Source: Octopus sinensis | Taxonomy: Eukaryota | DNA length: 64,000 nucleotides | Direction: 5' to 3' | Assembly: GCF_006345805.1 (NCBI RefSeq) | Contig: NC_043020.1 | Span: 20,646,001 to 20,710,000, forward strand | Shown here: positions 1 through 14,689 of the stretch, piece after piece | Numbering within the stretch: position 1 is the stretch's first letter | Layout: every line of letters starts with the position of its first letter | Translations under genes and position numbers: made by a program | Notes under the pieces: model-generated | What the model saw: only the letters and a program-made list of their open reading frames with translations | Database searches by the model: none | Told to the model about the DNA's origin: nothing

Positions 1-6
1 AGGACA

Positions 7-132
7 CAGAGGGTCCCTAGTTCTTCATCAGTTATCAACCAAAATGGTAATGCTCAGTTTTGCATCATTAATGATGCAAAACTGAGCATTACCATTTTAG
101 TTGATAACTGATGAAGAATTAGGGACCCTCTG
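7..132. repeat. Near-perfect 126-bp palindrome with no spacer (possible foldback/MITE)
   Basis: Positions pair i with 139-i around a central TTAA (68-71); 63-bp arms with 2 mismatches (20/119, 40/99). Confidence 0.9.
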
Positions 133-233
133 CATCTTATGCCTATACATTTTTATCTATCACTTATTTACAATGCATTTTTCATCTATTAAGTAATGGA
201 ACATAACACACACCTGGCATTTATTAACAGTAA

Positions 234-270
<37 letters not shown>

Positions 271-1649
271 TAAGTGTAATGGGAAGAAAATAAAATTGAA
301 AACATAGACAAATTCTAAGGATTCTTTACACTTAAGTAAACATTATTGCATGCAAGTAATTCTAAATAATATCTCGTGGTTGTAGAATTATCGATACTTC
401 AATAACTTATACATATAAAACAAAAATGATTCATTTTTATATCATACTCCTTATTCTTAAATAAGCAGGGTAAAAAAAGCAAGGGAAAAGTTCTTTTTCT
501 TCTGCATACTGATAACATAGGTATTAAAGGATTAAAGTATAAAATTGTAGAGTACAGTGTAACCTAGTAGTAGAAGACAGTATCTCTGAAAGTCTTCCGT
601 TGTACTATAGAATCAACATGCAACTAACTAGTTTTCTCATCTTTTCTTTTTTACCTGGATTATGAAATAATGCTGTAATATTTGTTGTCTTTACAGATCA
701 CTGAACAATAAATTTCAACATAACATGTTATGAGACTTCTATAATTTCAGCAACCTTATAGCCATGATACAGCAAAAATACACTGGAGTAGGAATACTTG
801 AAGTTGTTGAAAAGGTGAAGACATTGTAAAAGTGATTTGTTGCACAAATGCTAAAACTGACAACAGGGAGTTGCTACTGGAGACTGGTTATGTAAACAAT
901 CAATGAGAAAAGAAAAAATATCCATGAGAATAGCAGAAAGCAATTAAGATTATAATTAAGACATTAATCAATAAACCTATGGTATAGAAATAACCAATCA
1001 AACTGTCAGTATACCAAAGTTGATTATGGATCAAAGTCTATTATCAGGTCAGCATTCAATGTCTGTATAGGGAATGTTGTCTTAGATTTAAGGACTGAAA
1101 TGCATTATTCATTTACTACAGAGAGTAGTAATTCAGTTTTTAAGTATTGCAGAGTGGGGTGTTGCTTACTATATTAGAAGGTTGAGCTCTAGATAAGTGA
1201 GAGAATATTTCATGCAGAAAGACTGATCCAAGAGACTTCTGAAATCTTTTCTAAACTGGCTTGAGAGGTGGTTCCTCAACCACAATGAAGACATTCTAAC
1301 TAGGAAAGCAGTAACTGAATGTAATTCTGCATAAGGGAGATATGAACTCTACAAGCTGTAAAAAAGGCAACCCATCCAGAAGAGCAGTAACTCTAAATAA
1401 AATATGATACTGTGTAGAGGGGAAATTTTAATGCTGGCAGACAACCTCTCTAGTACTGGTAGTACTATAAGATACATCCAATTCCAAGCTGGCTGTTAAA
1501 TGGCTAGTAACAGGAAAGGTATCCGGCCAACAACACCACTCCAAAATGATAAGTTATAACAAATACAATGAGAAAGAAACCATAACAGGACTAACACTAT
1601 ATTAGTGTTGTGCATGGTAGTAGTATGGTCACATAGGAGTATCTAACAT

Positions 1650-2720
1650 GAATGAATGGTAACATGCAAGAAAGGAATACTTCATTAGGAAACAGGAAAA
1701 CAGCTTGTAAATATTTTTTTCCCAGTGAAGAATTTGCTACTCAATACAGATGAGTGATATCAGGGTAATAGGTAGGACTTTATGACGTAAGACAACCTAG
1801 AGAAGGAATAGAAGTTTAAATGTCCCCAGCTAGATGTAGGGTTAAAGAAATATTAACTGACAAGTATCACAGGAAATGAGAGGAAACAGAGACTTATGGA
1901 GGATAACTATAAATTTTTACTTGCTGCACTCCACAGACCACATGTATGGATGGAGCAAGATTCTAACAGACAGATGATGACTTGGTGGTGGAATAGTTAA
2001 ACAGATAGATCCATAAAGGCTACAAGACAAACCTAGAAAGATTGGAAGAGAAGTATGAAGCAATACCAGGCTGCTAAGAAAGATGTCAGACATCAGGTGT
2101 ATATAACACAGAGAAAAGCTGAATGTAATATTTTGTAATGAGAAGATCAGAGATGTTTCAAACAGGGATGCAATATATCAGCACAAATCAAGATATCACT
2201 GGCAAAACAGATATATAGAATGATAACAATGTATTTGCCATCACTGACAATTAGAAAAAAGAGAAATATTACCACAAAAGGTCGTTGAACAAAAAGACTG
2301 CATTAGAGATAGAGGACCAGGTCCAAGTAGACCCAAAAGAAGGACCAGCTATTGAAATTAACAGTCATATGGATAAGCATACAGTTAAGAATATGAAGAC
2401 AGAAAAAGTAGCCGGACTATCAAGAACAGTTACAGTGAGGCTGAAAATATTTGACAGTGTAGAAGACATGCTATCCCAACTTATGCATAGTCATTTACAT
2501 AGTAGAAGGATGAATCATATTTAATGAATTGTATAGCAGGGCACAGGAGATTCTCTATAAGGACATCAAACTGACCCAAATTATGAAAGTAAAATGAGAA
2601 TTAATTTAGATGAGATACTGTTTGAGTTTATGCCAGATTATGCCAGAATTTGCTAACAAAACTAGGTGTGGATGAATGGTTTGTGGAAGATATGCAAACC
2701 ATATACAGATATGCAGTCAG
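1650..2720 (+). mobile_element. Highly decayed RTE LINE ORF fragment
   Basis: Remnants match the younger RTE copies in this window: TGGTGGTGGAAT (WWWN), KVAGLSRTVTVRLKI (cf. KAPGPSGITAEMLK), GATGAGATACTGTTTGAGTTTATGCCAG (cf. DEMQFGFVPG). Many stops; boundaries approximate. Confidence 0.55.
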
Positions 2721-3399
2721 CATAATTAAAAAACTAATAAATTTAGAGAGGAATTAAGAGTGCAGATAGATACTGTTTATTACAGTTTTCTAAGTAGTAC
2801 AAAAACTACCTACACGTTAAAAATGAACAAACTGAACATGTAAGAAATTTCTATTTAAAACCATCTCCTAAACTACTAAAGCACCATTACAAACTTTTAG
2901 GCATACAAAGAGACTAAGCAATGAGTAAACAGAGTAATATGCAGTGTGATCCTCCAGTTTGTAGGATATATAATACTATTATAACAATGGATTTGTGGAT
3001 CACATCAAATAACATGCCAAAAACTGCCTGATGATACAGAGCAACACAAACAGCCTTTCCAAGAGTTAACATGAAGGAACAAAGATGAAGCAATATAAAA
3101 GAATCCAGTTTATTACACAAATAATTATTGCTACCAAATAATTTTCAATGTCACTCAGTTGTTGCCAGCTGCTCTAATACTTAAAAATAGTTAAAATATG
3201 TCAATATTTCCATATTCAGACATAATTTAAAGAACTATTGTGAAACTCCAAGAGAATACTTGCTGCTAAGTCAGTGATTGATTACAATAATTTAGTATAA
3301 TGTTGAGAAGCAACAGGTGTTTTTAAGAATGGTGGAAGATAGCAAGAATTCCAATAAGATTTCTTTGATGCAAAGTTGGTGAATACATTAGCATTTTCT

Positions 3400-5470
3400 T
3401 TAAAACACCATTCATTGCAACAATCAAGTCTTGTAAATTTAACTTATACAGAGGCAAATATGATGGAATGGATACTAAAACAGTTTAGAAGTTGGATTCA
3501 GAACTACTTGACTTTAAGTTACATCTTGGTCTGCAGCACATTGAGCAAGAGTCTTCAAATGTAGCATCAGATTGATGGAAACTGCATGAAAGCATATCAT
3601 ATTATGAATGTGTGTGTGTTTGTAAAAACAACTGATATTGTTATATGTATTACAGATAACTCGCCAAATGCTCCAAATCATACAGGCAAGTTTGAAGACT
3701 GCCTCACAAAGATAGAAGCGTTCATCAAACTAGAGCAACACATCAGTGTATTCCTTTTGGGTGATTTCAACTTCCCCAACATGGGATGGCCTGAGGTCCT
3801 AATGCTCTCAGGAATGACACGCTGCCAACAAGAACAGGTGAAGTCCTTGCTCAACTTTACCAATGCTTCATTCATTGGTAAAGTTGGCATATTGTGCTCC
3901 AACCAACCAGGGCAAGTTATGGTGCCATGTAAAGAGCACTTAGCACACTCTGTGAAGAGGCTGGAATTAAGAAGGACATCCAGCATTAGAAACCAGGCAA
4001 AAACAGACTATGGATTCTGGTATAGCACCTAGCCATGCCAGCTCCTATCAAACTATCCAATCCATGCCAGCATGGAAAACATGTTAAATGATGATAATGA
4101 TGATGATGATGATCTCTGCTCCACAGACAATATGGATATCATCCATAATGTAAAAGTGACATAGACATTAGTCTTGGATTACAACATAAAGCTGTCAATG
4201 TATAGACCAAAAGCACCAGGAGACATACAGCCAATACGAAGCACCTGAAAGCTCTCCAGTCTGAACTCTCATAAAGCAAACTGGAAATTGATTCAGAAAG
4301 AGATCCTCAAACAAGATTGGCCTAAATGTCTCCCCACACAAGACATTGACATGAAACTCAAATTGTTCATGCCCATAACGCAAGCCACATGCAACAAATC
4401 TGTTACAGAGCACAAGGCCAACACACACGAGAACAAGATCCCTAGAGAGGGGAAAATACTTATGAGACAACAGACTAAGATTGTGAACTGCCTGAACATC
4501 TCAAATGTAGTGAAAAGTCCCACCTGAAAATAAGTGTTGCAGATTAAGAAAAATCTACAACAATCCCATGAAAAAGAAATAGCAGACAAGGAGACCTGGG
4601 TTATAGAAAATACTAAGTTAAGCCTTAAAGCTTTCTTCAACTAGCCATACAAACAGCCTCAGTATGCTACAATATAGGGCTCTTCTTCCAAAAGGATGGC
4701 TCCCTCATAGAAAACCCAATGAAGATAAGTGAAATACTGAACAAATAGTTCAAAAGTGCTTTCACTACCCACTTGGGATACAGGCAAGTGAACAAACCCG
4801 TGGAGTTCTTTGCCACTACATAATAATTGATTACATCAACATTAAAGAAGATGTAATACTGGCCGAAGATGAGATTAACATAAACTTAGCTGCTGACACT
4901 GACAGATTCCCAGCAATCCTTCTGGAAACATGTAACTGAGTCCTCGCAAAACCACTGCAGCTTCTTTTTCAGAGCTTCCCTACAAGTGGTAAGCTCCCAG
5001 GCAAACTGAAGGAGAGAATAATATATATATGCTATTCACAAAGGAGGACGCAGAGCAGATGCTAAAAATTACAGGCTTATCTCTCTGACCTCACATATCA
5101 GCAAAGTGATGGAATGAATAGACCACAGGAAACTAATTGCTTTCCTTTAAGAGAATGACTTGATGATTGACACCCAGCACAGTTTTCAACAGGGAGAAGC
5201 TGCATGACACAGCTCTTACAGTACTACAACTGAGTGTTAAAGCAGCTGCTCAACAACTCAAATGTAGGCATGATGTATCTTAACTTTGCAAAAGCCTTTG
5301 ATAAAGTCAACCATGATATATGTCACAAACTGCATGATCTCAGTATAGTCAGAAAACTTAGAGAGTGGCTACATGACTTTCTAAAAGATAAAAATCAGGT
5401 AGTGGTGGCCAATGGAGCCACCTCTAAGGAAACAAATAGTGAGTGAAATTCCACTAGACACTGTCTTACG
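3400..5470 (+). mobile_element. Decayed CR1-type LINE (endonuclease plus N-terminal RT), truncated at the GVPQG motif
   Basis: APE motif VFLLGDFNFP (ORF 3586-4032); RT motif YLNFAKAFDKVNH...WLHDFLKDKNQVVVANG (5234-5446); ends at an 'SEIPLDTVL' relic. An old RTE 3' tail ending in (GAT)n is inserted at ~3917-4112 (absent from the sister copy at 19.2 kb). Confidence 0.8.
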
Positions 5471-8300
5471 TTTTCTATTGCAGATCTGCCTAGGTTCAAC
5501 CTCTTTTGGTGTTGGAACATTGAATAAGTCATAACAAACTTCTAGTGGTATTTCTTCTCTTTCTTTGGTGTGTCAAATGTTTGTGCTCTCCTATTTGACC
5601 TTTTACTATGTATATCATACTGCCTTTTCTTTTCATCACTATGCCATCCTCCCAACCTTATCTTCCATTCTTATATATTTTGAAATGAACTTAATCTCTC
5701 ACATTAAAATACTTTGTTGTGTTTCTTGGGTTTTCCCTATAACTAAAAAACTTAGTTAACAATTAATCAAAAATTGATTTTATCTTCCAAGCAAATGTCA
5801 GGTCTGCAGATGACTTGCATGAACAGGTGTTCAGGTTAGGTGTTAAACCCTTAAAAAGTTTCTGATTTTTTTAGTGCTTGCTTAAATATGTCTATGAAGC
5901 TTTCTGCTTACCCATTTGATCTTGGGTAGTACAGGAGAGTAGAGATGTGATTGACTGCACATCTCTCACAGAAATTTTTAAATTTGTACCCCAAAAACTG
6001 CGATCTGTATCTGATACTACAGTGTCTGGGACACCGTATCATGCAAAACATTTCATGAAGGAACCTTATTGTTACCTTCAAGGTTGGCCACTTGGTATAG
6101 CTGTCTATTATGGTCAGGTAATAAGTGCAGTTTACTGGTCCAGCAAAATCTATATGTAGCCTGGATCATGGACTGTCTGCCTTTAGCCACAATTGGAATT
6201 TCACTGGTGGTGATTTTGCTGCAAGAACACAACCTCTGCAGGGTTTCATCAGTTGTTCAATATCACAGTCCATAGTAGGCCAATAGACCTAACTCCTCAT
6301 TACTGATTTCATTCTTGAAATCCTTGGATGTCCCATATGAAATTCACTTAATATATACTTTTGTAGTGAGGCTGGTACTACAACTCTTTGTGCATACATC
6401 AATACATTATCATACAGAGAAAAATGGTTCGCATTTGTGTTATGTATATTTTTATTTTCTTTTACCTTCAACATTTCTTTCATCTTTGCAATTAATTAGT
6501 CATTCTCCAATTTTAATTTTATATCTTGAACAGTTACTGGCAGCTCCCAAATGACGTTACACAAAGTGTTTTTTAATTTTCCAGCAATCACGGTATCTTT
6601 GAATAGCCCTGTATTTTTTGGAATTAGCCTTGGTAAACAATCCACATGGCCTAACTTCCTGGATGGCATATACTCCATCTTAAAGTTGTAATTCAACAAT
6701 ATCATATCCCAGCATTGTCACCTATTTGCAACATGGGTAGGAATTCCTTTCTTCAAACCAAAAGTTGATAATAATGGTCAGTGATAACTTTGTAACCAAA
6801 AACGTCTACTATAAAAAAATCTGTGAAATTTCTTCATGGCAAAAATGATCGCTAGAGCTTCTTTCTCTATTTGACTATAGTTTTTCTCTGCTGCTATCAG
6901 AGAATGAGAGGCATGAACCACCATCTTCATATTACCATCTTTATATTTGTGTAGCATTACTGCTCCTATGCTGTATTCAGATGTATCAGAAGCTGCAACA
7001 ATCTCTGCTGCAAGATCGAAATGAGCCAGCGACAAATCCAATATTAATATTTTCTTAATATTGTTAAACGTCTTTTGACAATTATTTGATCAATTCCACT
7101 TCAGGTATTACTACAAAATGTAATGTTGCTTACCATTTCACCTAAGAAGTATAATCTTTCACTTGTGATGCCTAGCACACTTTTCAATGTTTTCTTTAGT
7201 GTAGGTTTCCCAATTTTCTTTCACATGTCAGCATCAATAACTGTAATGTTGCTACCTGTGTTTGGTTGTAGTTTCATTTTTGCATTGTCTATTTTTACAT
7301 ACATATTTTTGGGGTGTCGTCACGACTTTCCATTGAGCAAACCTTTTTAGAAGAATTTTTTTTTCCAACTTTTTTAGTTTCACTATGCACTGCCAGCTTT
7401 TATGTCCTATTTTTCGACAACTAAAACATTTCCAAATTTAATTTTAAATGGACAGTCTTTCTTAAAATTCAGACCTCCACACCCATAGCATGGATTTGGT
7501 CATAACATTCTTTTTTCTTTTATTTATTCCAGGTTAACATGTCTGTACTTGAAAGAAACTTTTTTCTTCAATTTTCTTTACATCCTGTTGCAAGTTGATA
7601 ATTCTTTGACATTCCTATGCTACTGCCTGCAGGGTTAAATTCTGGTCTCCCTGTTCTAGTTTTGTAAGAATCTGTGCATGTATTTTTGCATCTTTGTTTG
7701 CTGTCAAACCTTGCACAAAGATGAGGCATTTAAACACATCAGGAGATAATTCCTTCAGTTTAAATTTTTTGCACATTCTATTTACAATTCCAGCATAACT
7801 GACAAAATATTCCTCCTCTTCTTTTACTAAGTTCAAACACTCCCAGTGAGTATTAAACAGGAAACTCTTATCTCTGAACATTTTGGATAGCAATTCAATT
7901 GTTTCCTTGAAACAAATTTCGTTTGTTTATTTAGGCAGTATTTTTCATGTTCTGAAGGAGCTAATTTTCATAACAGTAGTCTCACTTTTTCACTGTCCAT
8001 CCAACACTTGCATTCTTCCTTGAAGATTTCTATCATATCTTCTGAAGTATGCCAAAAATGGGTTATAACTAAATTCCGCTTGCCACCTGGTGAAAACAAA
8101 CTTGCAGTGTTTCCTGAGTGCTTTAAACATGACTCCACCAACTGTTTGTGTGGTAGTTGTTGCTCTAACTCCTGTTTCTGCTGCTTCTGCAAATGTAATA
8201 TGCCAGAAAATAGGTCTTCCGTAATTAATGAACTTTTTGTATCATAAAAAATTGTTAATGACCAATATAAGCTCCGAATCATGACCTCACATGGCAGTTG
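5470..8300 (-). mobile_element. Decayed Ty3/Gypsy LTR retrotransposon internal region; RT deleted
   Basis: Gag-like FKCLIFVQGL (7615-7893); zinc knuckles PCYGCGGLNFKKDCP and CFSCRKIGHKSWQC (~7390-7510); protease relic LQPNTGSNITVI; RNase H ASDTSEYSIGAV...NYSQIEKEALAIIFAMKKFH (6778-7041); integrase HMGHP, LHIDFAGP, YGVPDTVVSD. LTRs not found. Confidence 0.9.
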
Positions 8301-8949
8301 TAATTAAATATCACCATCATGCAAGTGATGTGTTTCATTTCATTCTGCCATGAAAACATGTCTAGCCATGGACAAATATCACCTTACAAATTTGTACAAC
8401 CCATGCAAGTATAAAAAAGTGAATGTTAAAATGGTGATGATGATCATACACACACATACAATTAATTTATTCCCTAGGCTATCATGTTTTGACTGACCAA
8501 CTGATTGTCAGAAATGTAACAAAAAGAATCCAAAAACCCAGTCTTTAGTGATAGACGAACAACGATTTCTAACATTTGCGCATGGAGACAATTTTGATAA
8601 GGTAGAGGTAAAACATCAACAGTGGACTTTTTTCAGAAGTCATAAATCTAGTAGTAAGGCAGATGAATAGCTGAGTTGTTTGAGAATACAATAAAATGCA
8701 TTATATTTGCTCCAGTTCTCTGCTCTCTGAGTTCCAGTACTGCTGAGGTCCACTTCACCTTTCATCTTTTCAGTGTTAAAATAGAAAGTACCAGCTAATG
8801 TTGGTACAACTGTTTATCTCTCCACCTGGTACCTCAAGCAATGGTTGTCATATTCTTATGTCTAGTAGTACATCAACAAATATGTCCTGTTTCCAATATA
8901 TAAGGGTTTGACTTAAGGAAGATTTGACTGCTATTTCTATCAGATATAG

Positions 8950-9512
8950 GCTCCTTTGTTTGTTGGTTATCTTACCAACCCCCAGAAGACTAAAGGCAAA
9001 TGCAACTTCTGTGTTCTGACCAATTCTCTCCTGATTGTGCCATTCCACCACAATGATAGCTGTATTTAACTAAGATCATCTTTTGCTGTTACTCTTATCT
9101 CCTAAGCTAAGAAGCATGTGCTGCCATCTGTTGGTGCACAACAGAACAAGTCCGGAAACATTTTGATACCAAATACAATTTTTATTTTTACATATCCAAC
9201 AAAAAAACGATACAAGAGAGGAGACTGTACTATTTGGAAATGTGACGTGCATGAAGATAGCTGGCTGGGGAAAAAAAAAAAAGCAGAGTCAAACAATGTG
9301 ACAGGAAACTGCAGAAGAGGAAGACTGAAGAAGATTGATGATGAAGTGTTTAATTCTGATATGAAGAAGCTAGATGAATATAAGAGATGACACATAATTG
9401 CAACATATGGTGAGATGCTATGCCATTGAGAAAAGCAAAGCTACCCATCAAGAAAAGCAAATGTAACACATCAACAGAGAGAAGTAAACATAAACAGATG
9501 ATGATGATACAA
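8950..9512 (+). mobile_element. Old RTE 3' fragment
   Basis: HEDSWL...GNCRRGRLKKIDDEVFNSDMKKL resembles RTE C-terminus GTCGRGRPRKTWDEVVKHDL; ends in GATGATGAT tail. Confidence 0.5.
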
Positions 9513-9739
9513 GCTCTACTGGAAAGTCATACAACTGATGGGCTTAACTGTAGCAAATTATTGGTTTCAGATTTTGGCACAAGGCCAGCAATTTCAAAAT
9601 GGATGACCACTATTAATGGTTCATCCCTGTTATATAATACTTTCACTTTAATAGTTTCAGTATTAAATTGAAAGTCTCTGCATTACAATAAAGAGATGTT
9701 TTTGTTTCACTTTTAACACGTAATACTGAAATAGTGGAG

Positions 9740-9960
9740 AAGATATGGTATTGCTGTGAGGTCACCCTAGGCAAAATGTTAAAAGGAGAGGCTGCTTTAT
9801 CACAATCACCTAAAAGTCTCAGGGCACTATTTGCAGTATTACTACAGGCATGCGAACTGTGTGATCCGGCCACTCTATGGCTCAAATATAGAGACAACCT
9901 GGCTGAAGACTTTCAGCGCCAAGCTCAACTGCTTTATCTTGACATGGAGGGTATCAGCAA
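9740..9960 (+). mobile_element. Helitron Rep/helicase fragment
   Basis: [42 protein letters not shown] matches the conserved Helitron segment between Rep and the PIF1 helicase (EA...P..LR.LFA.IL..C...DP..LW..Y...L.EDF). Confidence 0.8.
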
Positions 9961-11089
9961 TGAATATATATACACATATATATATATATTTATATATACA
10001 CATATATATACATATATACACATATATACACATACATATATATATATATACATACATATATATATATATACATACATATATATATATATACATACATATA
10101 TATATATACCTACATATATATATATATACATATATATAGATATACCATACATATATATATATATACATACATATATATATATACATACATATATAATTAT
10201 ACATATATATATTATACATACATATATATATATACATATATATATATATATCCATACATATATATATATACATACATATATATACTATAATATACATATA
10301 TATATATATACATACATATATATATATACACATGATATATATATATATACATACATACATTATATATATACATACATACATATATATTATACATACATAC
10401 ATATATATATATACATACATACATATATATATACATACATACATATATATATACATACATACATATATATATAACTACATACATATATATATACATATAT
10501 ACATATATATATACATACATACATATATACATACATACATATATATATGCATACATATATACATACGTACATATATATATACATATATACATACATACAT
10601 ATATACATACATACATATATATATACATACATATATATAGAAATTCGGGGTGAGTACTTGATGATTATAAGCACCTGTGTATACCGTTTGGTGGTGTAGA
10701 TGGTGGATCAATTTACATACATATATATATATATATACATACATATATATATATAATACATACATACATATATATATCATACATATATATATGTATACAT
10801 AGATATATATATTATACATACATATATATATATACATACATATTATATATACATACATATATATATATACATACATTATATATATACATACATATATATA
10901 TATATACACAATATATATATTACTACATATATATATACATACATATATATATACATAATATATATATAATATATACATACATACATATATATATACATAC
11001 ATACATATATACATACATACATATATATTACATACATACATATATTTCTATACATACATTATATATACATACATATATATATACATACA

Positions 11090-11121
<32 letters not shown>

Positions 11122-11968
11122 CATATATACATACATAATATATACATACTATATATATACATACATACATATATACATACATATATATACATACATACAT
11201 ATATACATACATACATAATATATACTACATATATATATACATAATACATATATATATACATATATATATACATACATATATATATATACATACATATATA
11301 CATACATATATATATACATACATATATATTATATAACACATACATATATATAATACACATACATATATATATACATACATATATATATTATATATATACA
11401 TACATATATATATATACATACATATTATATATATATATACATACATATATATATATATACATACATATATATATATATACATACATATATATATATACAT
11501 ACATATATATATATATATTATACATATTATATATATATATATACATACATATATATATACATACATATATTATATATATACATACATATTATATACATAC
11601 ATATATACATATATATTATCATACATATATATATACATACATATATATATATATACATACATATATATATATATAATACATACATATATATATACATACA
11701 TATATAATATATATATACATACATATATATTACATACATATATATATACATACATATATACATACATCATACTATACCACATATATATATATACACATAC
11801 ATATATACATACATATACATATACATACATATATATATATATACACATATATATATACATATATATATACATACATACACATATATATATACATATATAT
11901 ATACATACATATACATATACATACATATATATATACACATATATATATACATATATATATACATACAC

Positions 11969-11999
<31 letters not shown>

Positions 12000-12035
12000 C
12001 ATATATACATATATATATATACATATATACATATA
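9961..12035. repeat. Compound (TA)n/(CATA)n microsatellite, ~2 kb
   Basis: Directly visible; one unique ~73-bp island at 10640-10712. Confidence 0.98.
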
Positions 12036-12480
12036 AATATAGGGAATATATCCAAATTTACAGGAAAAAATCAGATTTAGGATTAAATCCATTTATAGTA
12101 AAATATTATAACATAATTGAGACAAAAACCACACTTGCAAAACAACAAGGAAAGACTTAATCATACATAAAATTTAATAAATAGTCAAAAAAAACCGCCA
12201 CTACAATCGTTTCTTGTCTTGATCGACAATCTTCAGGTGGACTTCCAATCTAAAAAATCTTCAATTTGTTACTTCATAATTGTAACTGAATTGTAAGTAT
12301 GTATTTGATTATCCTTATGTCATAATGTTATTTTTGATATTCTGGTTATTACGATGTATTATTGTTTTTCATAAGAGTGTTTATGTATATGAGATTGGTT
12401 GTGAGTTTTTAATTGTATAATTAATTTATTTATCTGTATGAGTGTGGTGTAAATATTGTTGTATATATCGAGTTTTAGTG
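12035..12480 (-). mobile_element. Penelope-like pseudo-LTR fragment
   Basis: Non-coding AT-rich segment carrying a minimal hammerhead, the known hallmark of PLE pLTRs; boundaries set by the flanking microsatellites. Confidence 0.5.
12198..12240 (-). ncRNA. Minimal type I hammerhead ribozyme
   Basis: Minus strand reads CCAC-CUGAAGA-UUGUC-GAUCAA-GACAA-GAAA-C-GAUU-GUA^GUGG: stem I CCAC/GUGG, core CUGANGA and GAAA, 5-bp stem II, near-palindromic stem III ACGAUUGU, GUA cleavage triplet. Confidence 0.8.
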
Positions 12481-12539
12481 AGTATGTATATGCGTATATG
12501 TGAAGGGAGCATATGTATCTGTTGTGTGTGTGTGTTTTG

Positions 12540-12559
12540 CGTGTGTGTTGTATATATAC

Positions 12560-12592
<33 letters not shown>

Positions 12593-13091
12593 CATATATA
12601 TATAATATATATATACATTATATATATATTAATATATATACATATATATATATACATATATATATACATATACATATATAATACATATATATAACATATT
12701 ATATACATATATATATACATATATATATACATATATATATACATATACATATATATATACATATACATATATATACATATACATATATATATATACTATA
12801 CATATATATATACATATACATATATATATAACATATATATATATATATACATATATATATACTATTATATACATATATACATAATATATACTATACATAT
12901 ATACATATATATATATACATATATATAACATATATACATATATATATACATATATATACATAATATATACATATATACATAATATACATATATATATACA
13001 TATATATATATACATATATATATACATATATATATACATATATAATATACATATATATACATATATATACATATATATAATATATATATAC

Positions 13092-13122
<31 letters not shown>

Positions 13123-13209
13123 CATACATATATACATACATACATATATATATACACACATATATACATACATACATATATACATATATATATATAATAT
13201 ATATACATA

Positions 13210-13252
<43 letters not shown>

Positions 13253-13744
13253 CATATATACATATATATATATACATATATATATATACATACATATATA
13301 TACATATAATATACATATACATATATACATACATATAGACATACATATATACATACATATATACATACATATATACATACATATATACATACATATATAC
13401 ATATATATACATATATACATACATACATATAGACATACATATATACATACATATATACATACATATAAACATACATATATATACATATATACATACATAT
13501 ATATACACATATATACACACATATATATACACATATATACACATATATACATATATACATACATATATATACACATATATATACACATATATATACACAT
13601 ATACATACATATATATACACATATACATACATATATATACACATATACATACATATATATACATATATACATATATACATTACATATATACATATATATA
13701 CATATACATATACATATCATATTACATATACATATATACATATC

Positions 13745-13787
<43 letters not shown>

Positions 13788-13795
13788 TATATATA
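12540..13795. repeat. Compound (TA)n/(TACA)n microsatellite
   Basis: Directly visible. Confidence 0.98.
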
Positions 13796-14513
13796 TCACT
13801 GTTTAAATTCCTACTTCCCATGTTTGCATGGGTTGGATGAGAGTATGTGTGTGTACATACATATAATATGCAAACAAACATTAGAAATATATGAGTGTAT
13901 ATTACTTACAAATATATACATGACAAAGCACCGATATACAAAGACAATTATAGTGAGCGATAACAGAGAACAACATTGATAGAGACAGACCATCACACAC
14001 AAACAAACTGCACTGACATCACCTAGTTATTTCAATTTCTGTCCAGGAGAATTTAAAAAAAAAAAGAGGGCACTGCCCTCCTTGCTTCAGAAACACACCT
14101 ACACATGATGCACCTTATACATATATATATACATACACATAAGCACACACAGACACAGATATATACTAGTGCACACACAAACGGCTCACTTATATTTTTG
14201 TGTATGTATGTGAGAGAGTGTAAATAGAGCAAGTGAAAGATATTCAGATGTGACAGTTAAAGACATAAAAGAAAGGAAGAGAATATAGATGAGGAGAAGG
14301 AGGAAGAGCTAATGGTGTTGGTGGTGAGACGAAGGGAGAGATTAGTGTAAATATGAGTCAGCTTTGTTAGGAAAGTATTAGAATGAGGCCAAGGTCTAAC
14401 TTACAGCTTGGAAAAGCAGAATAGCAAATATAGTAAGAACTGTGCCTGTGCTGCTGGCAATGTTAGTGGTGGTGGTAAAGGAGTAATAATAAGGTGGGAG
14501 ATGGGGTAGAGAG

Positions 14514-14560
<47 letters not shown>

Positions 14561-14689
14561 TGGGGGGGTTGTGAGGAGGGAGTCTCTAGTGCAAGTTCAC
14601 AGTAGTTAAATATAATACAGTTTGCATCACAGCAGCTAATACACACACATTTTGTGTGTTTACACATATATGTACATACTCATTATATA

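Noticed and set aside
9831-13741. Long ORFs of Y/I/M/C/V/H (up to 370 aa), and similar ones at 26.3, 49-53, 56 and 60.5 kb
   Set aside because: Translations of (TA)n/(CATA)n microsatellites, which lack stop codons in some frames; not genes.
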